Shown here: positions 31,335-41,577 of the stretch, piece by piece
How positions within the stretch are numbered: the stretch's first letter is position 1
Layout: each line of letters opens with the position of its first letter
From: an uncultured virus (IMG/VR IMGVR_UViG_3300009034_000029)
Lineage: Duplodnaviria > Heunggongvirae > Uroviricota > Caudoviricetes
Direction: 5' to 3' (one strand)
Virus record (IMG/VR): IMGVR_UViG_3300009034_000029
DNA: 64,000 bases
Made by a program: the position numbers and the translations under genes
The notes under the pieces: generated by a model
What the model saw: the letters and a program-made list of their open reading frames with translations, nothing else
Told to the model about the DNA's origin: nothing
Database searches by the model: none

Positions 31335-32479
31335 CATTATATGATATTATATTGAATACATTGGAATCAAGGAAGATTGCTAAGGTACAAATGTATGCAC
31401 CGTATTATGTTTGTTCAGCTATGGCACACTTATTTAACATTAAGAACAAAACTGAACCCGTGTATTATGAGGCAGGCAGAATACCAGATATGAGGATACA
31501 TATCATGTTCGTAGCACCTCCAGGGTTTAGTAAGAGCTTTTGGTTAGAGCAATTCTTAAGAGGTAATAGATCAATATTTGGTACTACAAGCATACAATGT
31601 GCTTTTGAAGGAACTATGACAGAAGCAGCATGGACTGGCACAATCAGGTTTATGGACGAAAATAAAGAACCAGTCATTAGACCAGGTGCAGCGCATGAAT
31701 TCCAAACAGCAATACTAGGTATTGAGGAATTTTCAGCGTTAACGAACATGATGAAGAGTCAGCATTCTAAGTTATTGGATAATGCATTGTTGACTAGTTT
31801 AGACTCAGGATGGTTATTCAAACGTCTCGCGGCAGGACCAATAAGATATATCACGCATATTACACTTCATACAGGAACACAACCTGCAAGATTTGATCTG
31901 TCAAGTGGTTTAGGGAGAAGGTTTATGTTTCTGTTATTTAATCCGTCGAAAGGTGAAATGGATGAAATTAAACTTGCTAGACGACGGAGTCAAAATATAT
32001 TAGGTGATTCAGCAGCATTAAGTGAGATTAGACAGAGAGTGCGGTATATTCAAGATTCAATAAAGAGGATACAGACTGTTGTGTTTGATAGATCAATACA
32101 AAAAGCATTTGATACATTGCCTATGCCGCATTATGAGGAACCTTTGTATGAGAGGTTGTTTTTGGGTTATACATTGGCTACGCAGGATTTTAATGAACAT
32201 GTAGTTGTTAAAACTGATACTGAGTCAATGAGACTACTCACTCAAGTAGTTAAATGGAGAAGGCAGGTTAAGAGAGGTAGTGAAGTTTCACAAGTTGCCA
32301 GTATAATTAATGAAGCTGGTGGAGTAATGACGATTCGTCAATTCAGAGAGAAAATGTTAGATTTCGGTGTGGATTGGCAAGGTAGTACAGAACTGATGAA
32401 TCAATTACAAAGAATGAGAGTTGTTATAGTATCAAAAGGCGAGATAAGGCTATGGAGGCGAAGAACCAGTGGTAAATGA
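31331..32479 (+). CDS. MCM-like AAA+ ATPase, putative replicative helicase
   Basis: Walker A APPGFSKS, T.AAW.GT, Walker B LGIEEF, GLGRRF arginine finger; C-terminal wHTH. Confidence 0.7.
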   Translation: MTLYDIILNTLESRKIAKVQMYAPYYVCSAMAHLFNIKNKTEPVYYEAGRIPDMRIHIMFVAPPGFSKSFWLEQFLRGNRSIFGTTSIQCAFEGTMTEAAWTGTIRFMDENKEPVIRPGAAHEFQTAILGIEEFSALTNMMKSQHSKLLDNALLTSLDSGWLFKRLAAGPIRYITHITLHTGTQPARFDLSSGLGRRFMFLLFNPSKGEMDEIKLARRRSQNILGDSAALSEIRQRVRYIQDSIKRIQTVVFDRSIQKAFDTLPMPHYEEPLYERLFLGYTLATQDFNEHVVVKTDTESMRLLTQVVKWRRQVKRGSEVSQVASIINEAGGVMTIRQFREKMLDFGVDWQGSTELMNQLQRMRVVIVSKGEIRLWRRRTSGK

Positions 32480-32954
32480 TAAGCAACAAACAACTGTGTA
32501 TTTAAGTAAAAGGTTAATTGATATTGTAAAGGCTAAGGGAATAAACCTTAGTAGGGTTGTTAATGATGTATTGGATTCGATGTTTGCTGCAGAAAGAAGT
32601 ACTAGACATTTGACACTCGACGTTCTTTCTGGACGAATGTCAGATATCGATTTACAGATACATGAGGCACAATTAGATGTTGATAGACTAAACTTGAGAA
32701 TTAACGAATTACATACACAGCGTAGGACACTTGGGTTCTCGTCAGAGAAACTAAAGGATGAAATTGCTCAGATTGAACGAAGTAAGAAAGTTGCTAAGAT
32801 ATTGAGTGAGATCAATACAATTATCAAAGACGTTGGATACACTATGGATGCATGGGACAAGATCGTAAAATATCAACAGGAACTCGGTGAGCTAGAACAT
32901 CCTATTGATGAGAATTGGTTGAGAATGCATATTAGAAGGTTACAGATGTATTGA
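32469..32954 (+). CDS. Ribbon-helix-helix (CcdA-like N-terminus) coiled-coil protein
   Basis: TTVYLSKRLIDIVKAKGINLSRVVNDVL followed by heptad repeats. Confidence 0.6.
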   Translation: MVNDKQQTTVYLSKRLIDIVKAKGINLSRVVNDVLDSMFAAERSTRHLTLDVLSGRMSDIDLQIHEAQLDVDRLNLRINELHTQRRTLGFSSEKLKDEIAQIERSKKVAKILSEINTIIKDVGYTMDAWDKIVKYQQELGELEHPIDENWLRMHIRRLQMY

Positions 32955-33729
32955 GGTGATATAATGGATGAAGAAGAATTTCAGAAAATACCTACACCAC
33001 ATAAGAGATGGTGGAGGAGTACAAAATTAGAGGCAAAGTATGATATAAGAGATTACGAACAACAGATAGCCCAGAAACATGGTGCTATACACACTGCAGT
33101 TATTAGGGAGCTTGTGGAAAAAGGTCTTGCTAAGGTTACAATATATTCAAAAAGTAAACACTTAGAGAGGTGATCTTGAAATGCCAAGAATAGAATTTGC
33201 AAGTGCAATGCAGTTTAGTATATGGAGAAAGGAACGAACCAAACCAGAGAGACACGACATGTATGTGACCGCCGCCAGTGAGTTTATTATGGTACCCAGA
33301 AAATCAACAGACCCCATATTGTATGGATATTTCCCTGGTAGCGATACACTCCGTGACGATTTAATAAAGGAACTAGAGGCTGCTGGGTATATGGTCTTCA
33401 TAATAGAGAAATTTGCATGGAGTGCAGCGTTCCCGTTAAAGACTGTAGGGAGGTGATAAGTTGGAGAAATTTAAAAAGATTGCGGAAATTCCTGGTAAGA
33501 TAGTTGAGGCAGGTAAGACAGTTGTAAAGAAGTTTGTTAACCTATTTGCATTCACAGAACATATAAAAGGATACTGGGAGAAGTCTCTTTGCGCGTATGG
33601 TAATCATCCGTGGATTGAGGCCGATGACTATGCCATAAAGCAGTTTAAGGGATTATACCCTGACAAGGAATTAACAGCGGTATGTCCAGTTTGTGGTGCA
33701 GCGAAATGCGGTGAGGAGGTGATTAAGTA

Positions 33730-34065
33730 ATGTCAGCTCCTAATGAGATAACAGGCTTTTCGGACAACGAATATGATGCGGTATTAGAAATGGCGAAGAC
33801 CATTCAACGAAGCAGAAATGTGTCGTATGGTGATGCATGGAAGACAATGGACTTCGAACAGATAATGAGTATAGTAGAAGTCAAGGTGAAGAGAGTTATT
33901 AAACTCGAACAACAGATAGCATTCGCTAAGACAGAGGATGTGAAACCAAAGAATTTGTATAGGGTACAAGTAGACAATGCGTTGGATTTAATAAACTATT
34001 TCGCGTTTCTAGTCGCAAATCTAGTTAGAAAAAGAGGTATACCTAAAGACAAGGGAGAAGAGTAG
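33730..34065 (+). CDS. All-alpha nucleotide-modification-associated protein (DUF1599/MazG-like)
   Basis: RNVSYGDAW...KVKR...DNALDLINY pattern. Confidence 0.6.
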   Translation: MSAPNEITGFSDNEYDAVLEMAKTIQRSRNVSYGDAWKTMDFEQIMSIVEVKVKRVIKLEQQIAFAKTEDVKPKNLYRVQVDNALDLINYFAFLVANLVRKRGIPKDKGEE

Positions 34066-34116
34066 TTTTTCTTTTTCCTTCTCCTCTTTTTTGTTCTTTT
34101 TTTTGTTTTTGTTTCT
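34066..34116 (+). terminator. Long pyrimidine/oligo-T terminator between the convergent early and late operons
   Basis: tttttctttttccttctcctcttttttgttctttttttgtttttgtttct. Confidence 0.75.
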
Positions 34117-34176
34117 AAAAGTTTCATCCTTACAATATTAACGGCAGTGCATCCTGTTCCTTTTGGTCACTTTTCC

Positions 34177-37100
34177 CTATATCTCTGGGGGTTCGTTAGA
34201 TATTGCTCTAAACGTAGCCTGCCAGTTGATTATCCCAGCATGCCGTTCTCTCTCAAAGACTCTCTCTAAAACACCACGCATAACATCTCTATTGGTACGC
34301 AAATAGAGTATCTTTTTTCTTTCCTGCCAATACCATAACAACATCATGTTAGTATCCGCGTTACTTCCAAATAATCTACCTTGTATCATGAATGACCTAG
34401 ATTTAGTCCCATAAGGTTCAATTCTTTCTACACCATCCAGTGTTGCCGTCCTAACACTAAACTTTGTCACGACACTATCTGCTCTCTCCATACCTATATC
34501 CTTACTATGAGCAAACTCAGGTTGATCAGTTAACGTATACAAATCATCTTCCTGTACAAAGTCAGTTCTGAATGAGAATGCACCACCACCACTATGATAT
34601 GGAACAATAAGATGATTACCACCTGGTTTTAGCACAGGTTGTTCAGAAAATGATCCATATAACTCTGAAGTATCCAACCAACATTCAATATAGAAATCAT
34701 GTAACGCTGCATATGAACCAGATGTCACTGTTTCTTCATTACGAACTCGTAAATATAATTTACGAGTACCAGCCCAGTTATCCAAACCATAGTAGTACTT
34801 TGTAATGTTATCTTCGGTATTAGCCCATGAGATCACATTAGTAAAATTAGCAGTCGTACCGTCTGACGAAAGTGCCAAAGTCATATCAGCATCAACTTGT
34901 AACACTTCTGACTTAGATACAATTCGTCCACCTATCAGTGGGAATCCGAGATCAAACTCGTAAATAATCTTACTGTTATTATACGCAAGCCTCATATAGG
35001 GATCACTAGCGAAACCATAAAATGCTATCTTCCCGGCCCCATCCGGTGAGACACCCGGACTGTAAAAGATGGCATCTGACATTCCCTCATACGTAAAGAA
35101 ATTCGCTTTATATGTATATTTAGCCCTACCATTCGGATAGAATGTATATTTCCCACCAGTCAGCATCCTAATATTATCCATAACCAATGTCTTGTTCGTC
35201 GGCGTGCTTTTCAGCTTTAACTCTGGATGTTCTGCATATGTCGTGTAGAACATCAAGTCACCTGTAGTTGCAGCCCATACAGTTCCATTATACCAAATAC
35301 GAGAACCATTACCATACTGATCAGTAGACATAAACCTTATTGATCTATAATTAACATTATCTAAAGCACCCGTTCGGCTCAATGTAATCGCATACGTAGC
35401 AGTAGTATCCATATCAACATTCTCTAAATTTACATGCAACCAATAATTATTACTACCCACCGCACGGTTCCAATTAGCATTACCAAATCTCCTAAAAGCC
35501 AACGGATTACCGGTTGGCAACCCACCAGATGTAGCAAACAACCTAATATCTACACTATCTGTTGGAGTACCATAATTCTGTCCCGGATTAATTATGATAC
35601 TTCTCAAATCGGGCTTATGCAATATAAACGTTTGACCTATTTGCTCCCCATTCGTTGTTGTTCTCCCAAATGCACCATTAGTATCATGTTGCCATTGAGC
35701 TTGATCAACATGCTCAGAACCTATTCCCACAACTTTACACGTTGGTGCTATACAAGCCGCACGTGAACCTTTAAAGTATAATCCATCCAAGTAGATTATA
35801 GTCGTATTTGCATCTGTAGAGAGCCACTCAAATCTAATATGATTTACCTCAGCCCAGTCAGGTGATCCTCCACTAGTCCAACCAGTTGAACCAGTACCTA
35901 CCGGTACAATCACCTTATTCCATTTATTAGCTACTATCCCAGTTATTGTACGCTCTCTGTAATTTGCACTACCAAGTGAAGTCAACCTAACTTTGAAATC
36001 CTCAGAGGAATTTTGATACACCCAAAATATGAGACTACTATGAGAACTAAGATCCATCTCAAGATTACCATAAACATCGTCTTGTATATCGTAGCGACCG
36101 TACTCGACAAGCGACTGTAACGAAACCGTTCGAGTGATTTTGATGCTGTAATCTCCGACAACAACTTGCTCTCGAGATAACCCAGTACTACAGTTAGCAT
36201 TACTTACCCATAATTTCTTCATATAATCAAGTGCACTATCTTGCACATAATTCTCAGTCCACTCATCTCTACCAGTAGGAATATCACCAGTCTTATCAGT
36301 TAATATTAAGTTCTCATTGTCTTTGAATGTCGGAATATACTCAATTTCCACCCAATCAATAGTGTATATCCGACCTGCTCCAGGAGTCCAGGTCCTAAAT
36401 CTAATATCTCCGTCTTGAAATTCATCATCAACAGCACTAAGTACCTCTACACCATCCTGATACACCTTAATACTATTTCCCCTTACATCAATCACCCATT
36501 CATAATAAGTACCCACTACTACATTCACAGATGTATTAGAGTCCAAAACAGTTTCGGACCCACCAACCACTCTCGATAATCTAATCTCAGTAGGCGAACC
36601 TGTTGTTCTAATACCAAACTCATAATGGTTATTATGATCCACACGTCTAAAATAAGTATACGTATAAGTATCTGCATGATCCAGTTTACATCTTTGACGT
36701 ATTCTAAAATCAACAGGGAAACTTCCAATAAGAGGAGTTGCCTCTTCATTATTAGCATCTAGAACTAGTGTTCCAGAGCTTACAGCAGGCGCACCATTCG
36801 TTGATGCCCAATTGAAAGCACCGCTACCATCACTTTCATAATTGAAACGATCTGCAAATATTGTAAGTGGTATAACCTGAAAATCATCCCAATAGACATA
36901 ACCCGCTGCATGATAGAACAACGGCTTAAATACAATCCTACCGATCTCTTTAGTTGTTGTAGTGGTATGATAGGTCACAAACCGTTTCCATTCAGTTGTT
37001 ACCGGAGTCGTAGTCAGTGATATAGCATTTGGTGAAGCACTAGCAGTATTGGTGCCATCTGTGTAGTGAAAATCTGCGTTCAGTCTGACATAACCAGTAC

Positions 37101-37437
37101 CGTCTGGAGAACTAGCATTGACTAATTTGTACCAACCAACGATCATCCACTTAACACATCGTCTATACATATCACCAATAGGTACCCTACATTCAAGTAA
37201 ACTAGACGCATCACCAATACCTCCATACATCTCACAAGCATATTTACCCGAATGCACATGCTTACGCGTAATCCTTACATTACCACCGACTGATAAAGTA
37301 GATAGCCATCTACCAGCATTATGTAATGAACTAGCATAATCATCTGGATCTAATGATCCAGTCTCAAACCCACCATTAGGTAATAAATTTGGCATAACAG
37401 TCTTATACACACCCTGTACATAACTACTCATCATCAT
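34177..37437 (-). CDS. Large tail protein with carbohydrate-binding/lectin-like domains and a Dit-like C-terminus
   Basis: NLLPNGGFE CBM-like start, LamG-like segment, beta-rich; last gene of the tail operon. Confidence 0.7.
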   Translation of the reverse strand: MMMSSYVQGVYKTVMPNLLPNGGFETGSLDPDDYASSLHNAGRWLSTLSVGGNVRITRKHVHSGKYACEMYGGIGDASSLLECRVPIGDMYRRCVKWMIVGWYKLVNASSPDGTGYVRLNADFHYTDGTNTASASPNAISLTTTPVTTEWKRFVTYHTTTTTKEIGRIVFKPLFYHAAGYVYWDDFQVIPLTIFADRFNYESDGSGAFNWASTNGAPAVSSGTLVLDANNEEATPLIGSFPVDFRIRQRCKLDHADTYTYTYFRRVDHNNHYEFGIRTTGSPTEIRLSRVVGGSETVLDSNTSVNVVVGTYYEWVIDVRGNSIKVYQDGVEVLSAVDDEFQDGDIRFRTWTPGAGRIYTIDWVEIEYIPTFKDNENLILTDKTGDIPTGRDEWTENYVQDSALDYMKKLWVSNANCSTGLSREQVVVGDYSIKITRTVSLQSLVEYGRYDIQDDVYGNLEMDLSSHSSLIFWVYQNSSEDFKVRLTSLGSANYRERTITGIVANKWNKVIVPVGTGSTGWTSGGSPDWAEVNHIRFEWLSTDANTTIIYLDGLYFKGSRAACIAPTCKVVGIGSEHVDQAQWQHDTNGAFGRTTTNGEQIGQTFILHKPDLRSIIINPGQNYGTPTDSVDIRLFATSGGLPTGNPLAFRRFGNANWNRAVGSNNYWLHVNLENVDMDTTATYAITLSRTGALDNVNYRSIRFMSTDQYGNGSRIWYNGTVWAATTGDLMFYTTYAEHPELKLKSTPTNKTLVMDNIRMLTGGKYTFYPNGRAKYTYKANFFTYEGMSDAIFYSPGVSPDGAGKIAFYGFASDPYMRLAYNNSKIIYEFDLGFPLIGGRIVSKSEVLQVDADMTLALSSDGTTANFTNVISWANTEDNITKYYYGLDNWAGTRKLYLRVRNEETVTSGSYAALHDFYIECWLDTSELYGSFSEQPVLKPGGNHLIVPYHSGGGAFSFRTDFVQEDDLYTLTDQPEFAHSKDIGMERADSVVTKFSVRTATLDGVERIEPYGTKSRSFMIQGRLFGSNADTNMMLLWYWQERKKILYLRTNRDVMRGVLERVFERERHAGIINWQATFRAISNEPPEI

Positions 37438-40225
37438 CCCTCGTACTGGTAACTTCTCTTAACCTTGCCCTAAATTTGACATCCTCAATTCTGCCACTTT
37501 GATGTTGGGGTTGGAATAAATCAACCACACATTTTATCACATGCCTACCAGTCATTACATACACTGGCTTCTTCGAACTAGCCCAATCACCGTATTTATC
37601 CTTATCCTTTAAAAAGGTCTGTGCAGCCAATACACCATCAACACTGATTTGTCTGGCCTCAAAACCCCTAATAACTATATAATCATCCCTATCCAAAATA
37701 GTCTGCCTACTAGCCAACATACGTCTATTAATATCAAACTTCGTATCAACACACATTACTTCCGGAACGTCTGGATGCTCTCCTAGATACACAGCTTTTT
37801 GTTGTTGTTTGGAAATATCTATATGTTCCAATTGAGCTGACCAACCATCAGTTTGTGGGACAAGATCATTACTCGTGCCTATTAACATAGGAACACTATT
37901 TAGCCCCAAAGAAGGACATCTAATCAATGCATCAAACTTTAACCCAGTATATCTAACCCAACCTGCATGTACCTCACTCTCTGTATCTGCTGCTGAATTC
38001 AATTCAACCTTAATATACACAACATTCGAATCAATATCATCAATCTCAAGAACTTTACCATTGGCCTCACTTCTAAAGTCCTGATTACTTCCAGACCCAT
38101 TTACACTTAATAATAGCGTCCACGTATAATTATCAACACTATAATACACCTTAAACCTACCAGATGCAACTTCATTACTTGATATATATCCACCAACATT
38201 CAAGTCTATCTTACCAAACTTCCACCCAGCAGGTAATCTAAACTCACTCACATAACTTGCAGTCGAACCAATTGTAGTATTATCAGACCATCCAACAGTA
38301 TACCAAACATCCTTATTAGTCCCAACCCATGGTTTCCTCGGACTATACCCATAATAATACGGATACCCACTAGTATCTATAATCGACCACCATAATGGAT
38401 CACAATCACCAATGGCTTCAGTATACAACCTACTATCATATAAATACCTACCATGACCGGTTGGCTCAATAGTAATTGTAGTTCCAGGCACTACCCTACT
38501 AGCTTCTAATCTCTTCCATGAAGTCTGATTCTCCAGCACTACATCAGACTCTCTATCATAATGAAGTTTAAAGTACATATCGTAAGTTGTATTATACCAC
38601 GTACCGTTATCATATCTCCATAATATCCCATCATCATACGGGCCAGGATTTTGAGTCCTTACTTTCCTATAATGAGAATCATTCTCAGTAGTATTACTTA
38701 ATACAATTGCATACATAGTCCCAGGAGTCAACTCTACCCCCAAATTCACATATATCGCGGCATCAGGTTGTGCTTCAAGACGATCCCATATTTCATACGG
38801 AATTATAGTTCTCGCTAATTTCCAATTTGTATACGGTTGATTAGACCCATCCACTGGAGTAACATCAATCCTTATATCAGTCGTTGGAGTACCAAAATCA
38901 GCTCCGGGCATAATAGTCAAACCTCTCAACCGTGAACTTTGTGCAGTAAATGTTTGTCCAAGTCTTTGATAATTACCAGTAGCCGTAGTACCAAATTGTG
39001 TTTCAATATTCTCCGAAATATTAGCCTGATCTACAATCTCAACAATAGGATTACCAGTAACATCAACTTTAGGAGCCGAAGCTAATAAATTCGTTCCAGT
39101 TCTAGTAATTGTAGCAGTATCATATTGAAATGCAGGAGTATAAGGCTCCACAGCAACCCAATTCCAATACATAGTATTAGAAGTAACCTGCACACGACCC
39201 ACCCTAACAGAACCTCTATAAGTCTTCGTAATCTTCGTACTTGTAGCTATAAGTTCACTATTGAAATAAAATGAAGAAGTATTCCCATACACATGTATCT
39301 CAAATGGATATCCAACACCATATGTTATGGCAGTTGGCAATGCAGTCCAACTAATCACATCACCATCCTGATCAACCAACTTATATTGGTCTGTCGAGGA
39401 ATTAATATGCCACCTATAATATATAGTCCCTGCACTATTACACCTAAATGTAAATGTAGCCTCATTATCACCAGTAACAAACTGCATTGTTCCGCTCAGT
39501 ATGTAATCTCTCCACTCAAACGACTCTGGATATAATGTTGGGTCTAATCTAGCTTCAGCAGTTCCACCCAACATTGTCATTGTTCCGTTACCTATTGCTG
39601 CAACTCTCACAATATCATCTACTTCATCCCATTGAGATGGAGGATAACTACCACCTGATTTTTCGTTCATAAAATTATCAAAAAACATCTGACGTGGACT
39701 CAAAACCAAATCATCAATCCAAGCTTCGCCAATCCTCGTTGACGTACTTGTATGAGTAACATAAACCCTAATATAATTTATTACCTTAGCATTTGTAGAA
39801 TAATCAGCCTCATCATACGTCCAACCTTGAGCCTTTTCATTTCCAGGAGCAAAATCTAATATACACTGATTACCTGAATTAGTCCCATCAATGTAATAAA
39901 ATATACAATAAATCTGTACAGTCCCACTAGAACCACGTTGTATGGATTTTGCCCAAGCACTCAATCTCCATTTATCCATTCTTGCATATTTCAGTGTTGG
40001 ATATATATCCTGATGTATGGTTGTACTGACCTCAGAAGGATAAACATTCACATAAAGACTTTTACTCCCAATACGTGATTGATCACCAACAATCTCAGCC
40101 TTACCTGAGTCTTGTACCCAAGGACAATTATCCTCATTTAACCCATAATCCTCAAACCCAGGATCCTTAATCAAATTAGGCATAGCCATTATACTAGGCT
40201 GAATTGTATGTGTTTGGCTAACCAA
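37424..40225 (-). CDS. Large tail protein paralogous to 34177-37437
   Basis: NLIKDPGFE, GQTF.. module and similar C-terminus. Confidence 0.7.
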   Translation of the reverse strand: MVSQTHTIQPSIMAMPNLIKDPGFEDYGLNEDNCPWVQDSGKAEIVGDQSRIGSKSLYVNVYPSEVSTTIHQDIYPTLKYARMDKWRLSAWAKSIQRGSSGTVQIYCIFYYIDGTNSGNQCILDFAPGNEKAQGWTYDEADYSTNAKVINYIRVYVTHTSTSTRIGEAWIDDLVLSPRQMFFDNFMNEKSGGSYPPSQWDEVDDIVRVAAIGNGTMTMLGGTAEARLDPTLYPESFEWRDYILSGTMQFVTGDNEATFTFRCNSAGTIYYRWHINSSTDQYKLVDQDGDVISWTALPTAITYGVGYPFEIHVYGNTSSFYFNSELIATSTKITKTYRGSVRVGRVQVTSNTMYWNWVAVEPYTPAFQYDTATITRTGTNLLASAPKVDVTGNPIVEIVDQANISENIETQFGTTATGNYQRLGQTFTAQSSRLRGLTIMPGADFGTPTTDIRIDVTPVDGSNQPYTNWKLARTIIPYEIWDRLEAQPDAAIYVNLGVELTPGTMYAIVLSNTTENDSHYRKVRTQNPGPYDDGILWRYDNGTWYNTTYDMYFKLHYDRESDVVLENQTSWKRLEASRVVPGTTITIEPTGHGRYLYDSRLYTEAIGDCDPLWWSIIDTSGYPYYYGYSPRKPWVGTNKDVWYTVGWSDNTTIGSTASYVSEFRLPAGWKFGKIDLNVGGYISSNEVASGRFKVYYSVDNYTWTLLLSVNGSGSNQDFRSEANGKVLEIDDIDSNVVYIKVELNSAADTESEVHAGWVRYTGLKFDALIRCPSLGLNSVPMLIGTSNDLVPQTDGWSAQLEHIDISKQQQKAVYLGEHPDVPEVMCVDTKFDINRRMLASRQTILDRDDYIVIRGFEARQISVDGVLAAQTFLKDKDKYGDWASSKKPVYVMTGRHVIKCVVDLFQPQHQSGRIEDVKFRARLREVTSTRDDDE

Positions 40226-41255
40226 TCCTCATAACCTCCTTGGAGATTTGATATCGTATCTGTTCAAACGTACAGTAGTCTTCTGGAATTTCAGTAAGGG
40301 ATTTCCCACCAGACCGTAAGTGACAAACCTTATAACATCCCCCACAAGGATACACCAAACAGTTATAACACTGTTCATGATCTAGACCTCTCCAAAACTC
40401 AACTTTGTTTTTGTCTACTCCAGTCTCAACATGACCTATCCTAAACTCTGGTTGTATCAGACGATGACAAGGATAAATAAACCCATCTAAACCTACGGCA
40501 GTCGAACCTTGACAGGCTCCACAGGTCCAGCGAGAACGAGTATGCCTTGGCATCTTTTTCTGCAACCGAGTTATGGTCTTATCAACAAAAACTATCGATA
40601 TATCATTTTCTTTTGCCCAGTACGCGGCCTTACGATATTGTCTTTCCAATTCCTTAAAATCATTAATTGTGTAAGTCCTATAGCTATCAACAACTTTATT
40701 AAACGCAATACTCTCAAACCCAATCTTCACAGCCTCCTTAACACTATCAACCAAATATGGGATAGCTTCAGGGCTAACCGCCATTGCACAGCGTAAATTC
40801 AAGAGATGATAAACACGCATGAGGTTGATAGTCCTCGCAACTAACGGATAACTTTCCCTTCCATTCCACATTGGTCGCATGTAATTTTGGACGAACGGAA
40901 CCCCATCAAACGAGACTAGGGCGCCAAAATCATTTTCTGCAAAATACTTGACCCGCTCGACATTCCAAGGAGTCCCGTTCGTTGTAACACCAGCACGTAC
41001 GATCCTTCCCCTTTCACGTTCTTCAAGTACCCTCTTAAATGTATGTTTGACGAGATGCCAGGAGAGCATTGGTTCGGTACCAAACAAAGATACACTACAT
41101 TTACCGGAGGCTTGGCCGAAGAACCAATCGAGCGTGGAATCTAGTAGCCCCACTGACATCTCATCTTTACCTTTATCCTGTAGGAAACAATACCTACATT
41201 TCATATTACACTTATCATTAATATGTAACACTACGCTGGAAAATTCTATCGACAA
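40218..41255 (-). CDS. Radical SAM/SPASM domain maturase
   Basis: CNMKCRYC, FGTEP, TTNGT, VSFDG; SPASM CGAC...DGFIYPCH...CYNC...CGGC...C...YC. Confidence 0.9.
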   Translation of the reverse strand: MSIEFSSVVLHINDKCNMKCRYCFLQDKGKDEMSVGLLDSTLDWFFGQASGKCSVSLFGTEPMLSWHLVKHTFKRVLEERERGRIVRAGVTTNGTPWNVERVKYFAENDFGALVSFDGVPFVQNYMRPMWNGRESYPLVARTINLMRVYHLLNLRCAMAVSPEAIPYLVDSVKEAVKIGFESIAFNKVVDSYRTYTINDFKELERQYRKAAYWAKENDISIVFVDKTITRLQKKMPRHTRSRWTCGACQGSTAVGLDGFIYPCHRLIQPEFRIGHVETGVDKNKVEFWRGLDHEQCYNCLVYPCGGCYKVCHLRSGGKSLTEIPEDYCTFEQIRYQISKEVMRIG

Positions 41256-41577
41256 GTAACCACCCCGCAGCTCCTAGTATGCCTCCAAATCCACCTAATG
41301 ATAGATAAGCCCACCAATACGTTGTAAGTGCATACGTATGACCCAAGAGAATAAAATGCCAATAAAAATCACCACACACCCCAATGAACAGTAATATTAT
41401 CGGATACCAAAGACTTATATCAGCCTCACGTACCATCATACATACAAACATAATCATTAGAGGCTCAACAATAATATTCAACTGTGACATCCCAATCACA
41501 TAATTGTTATGAAAGGCCCACATAGCCATCTCTATCATACCAAGTGTCTCTAACATAAACCTAACTCTAATATTCAT
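41218..41577 (-). CDS. Small multi-pass membrane protein
   Basis: Hydrophobic helices; overlaps both the hub and rSAM genes. Confidence 0.6.
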   Translation of the reverse strand: MNIRVRFMLETLGMIEMAMWAFHNNYVIGMSQLNIIVEPLMIMFVCMMVREADISLWYPIILLFIGVCGDFYWHFILLGHTYALTTYWWAYLSLGGFGGILGAAGWLLVDRIFQRSVTY

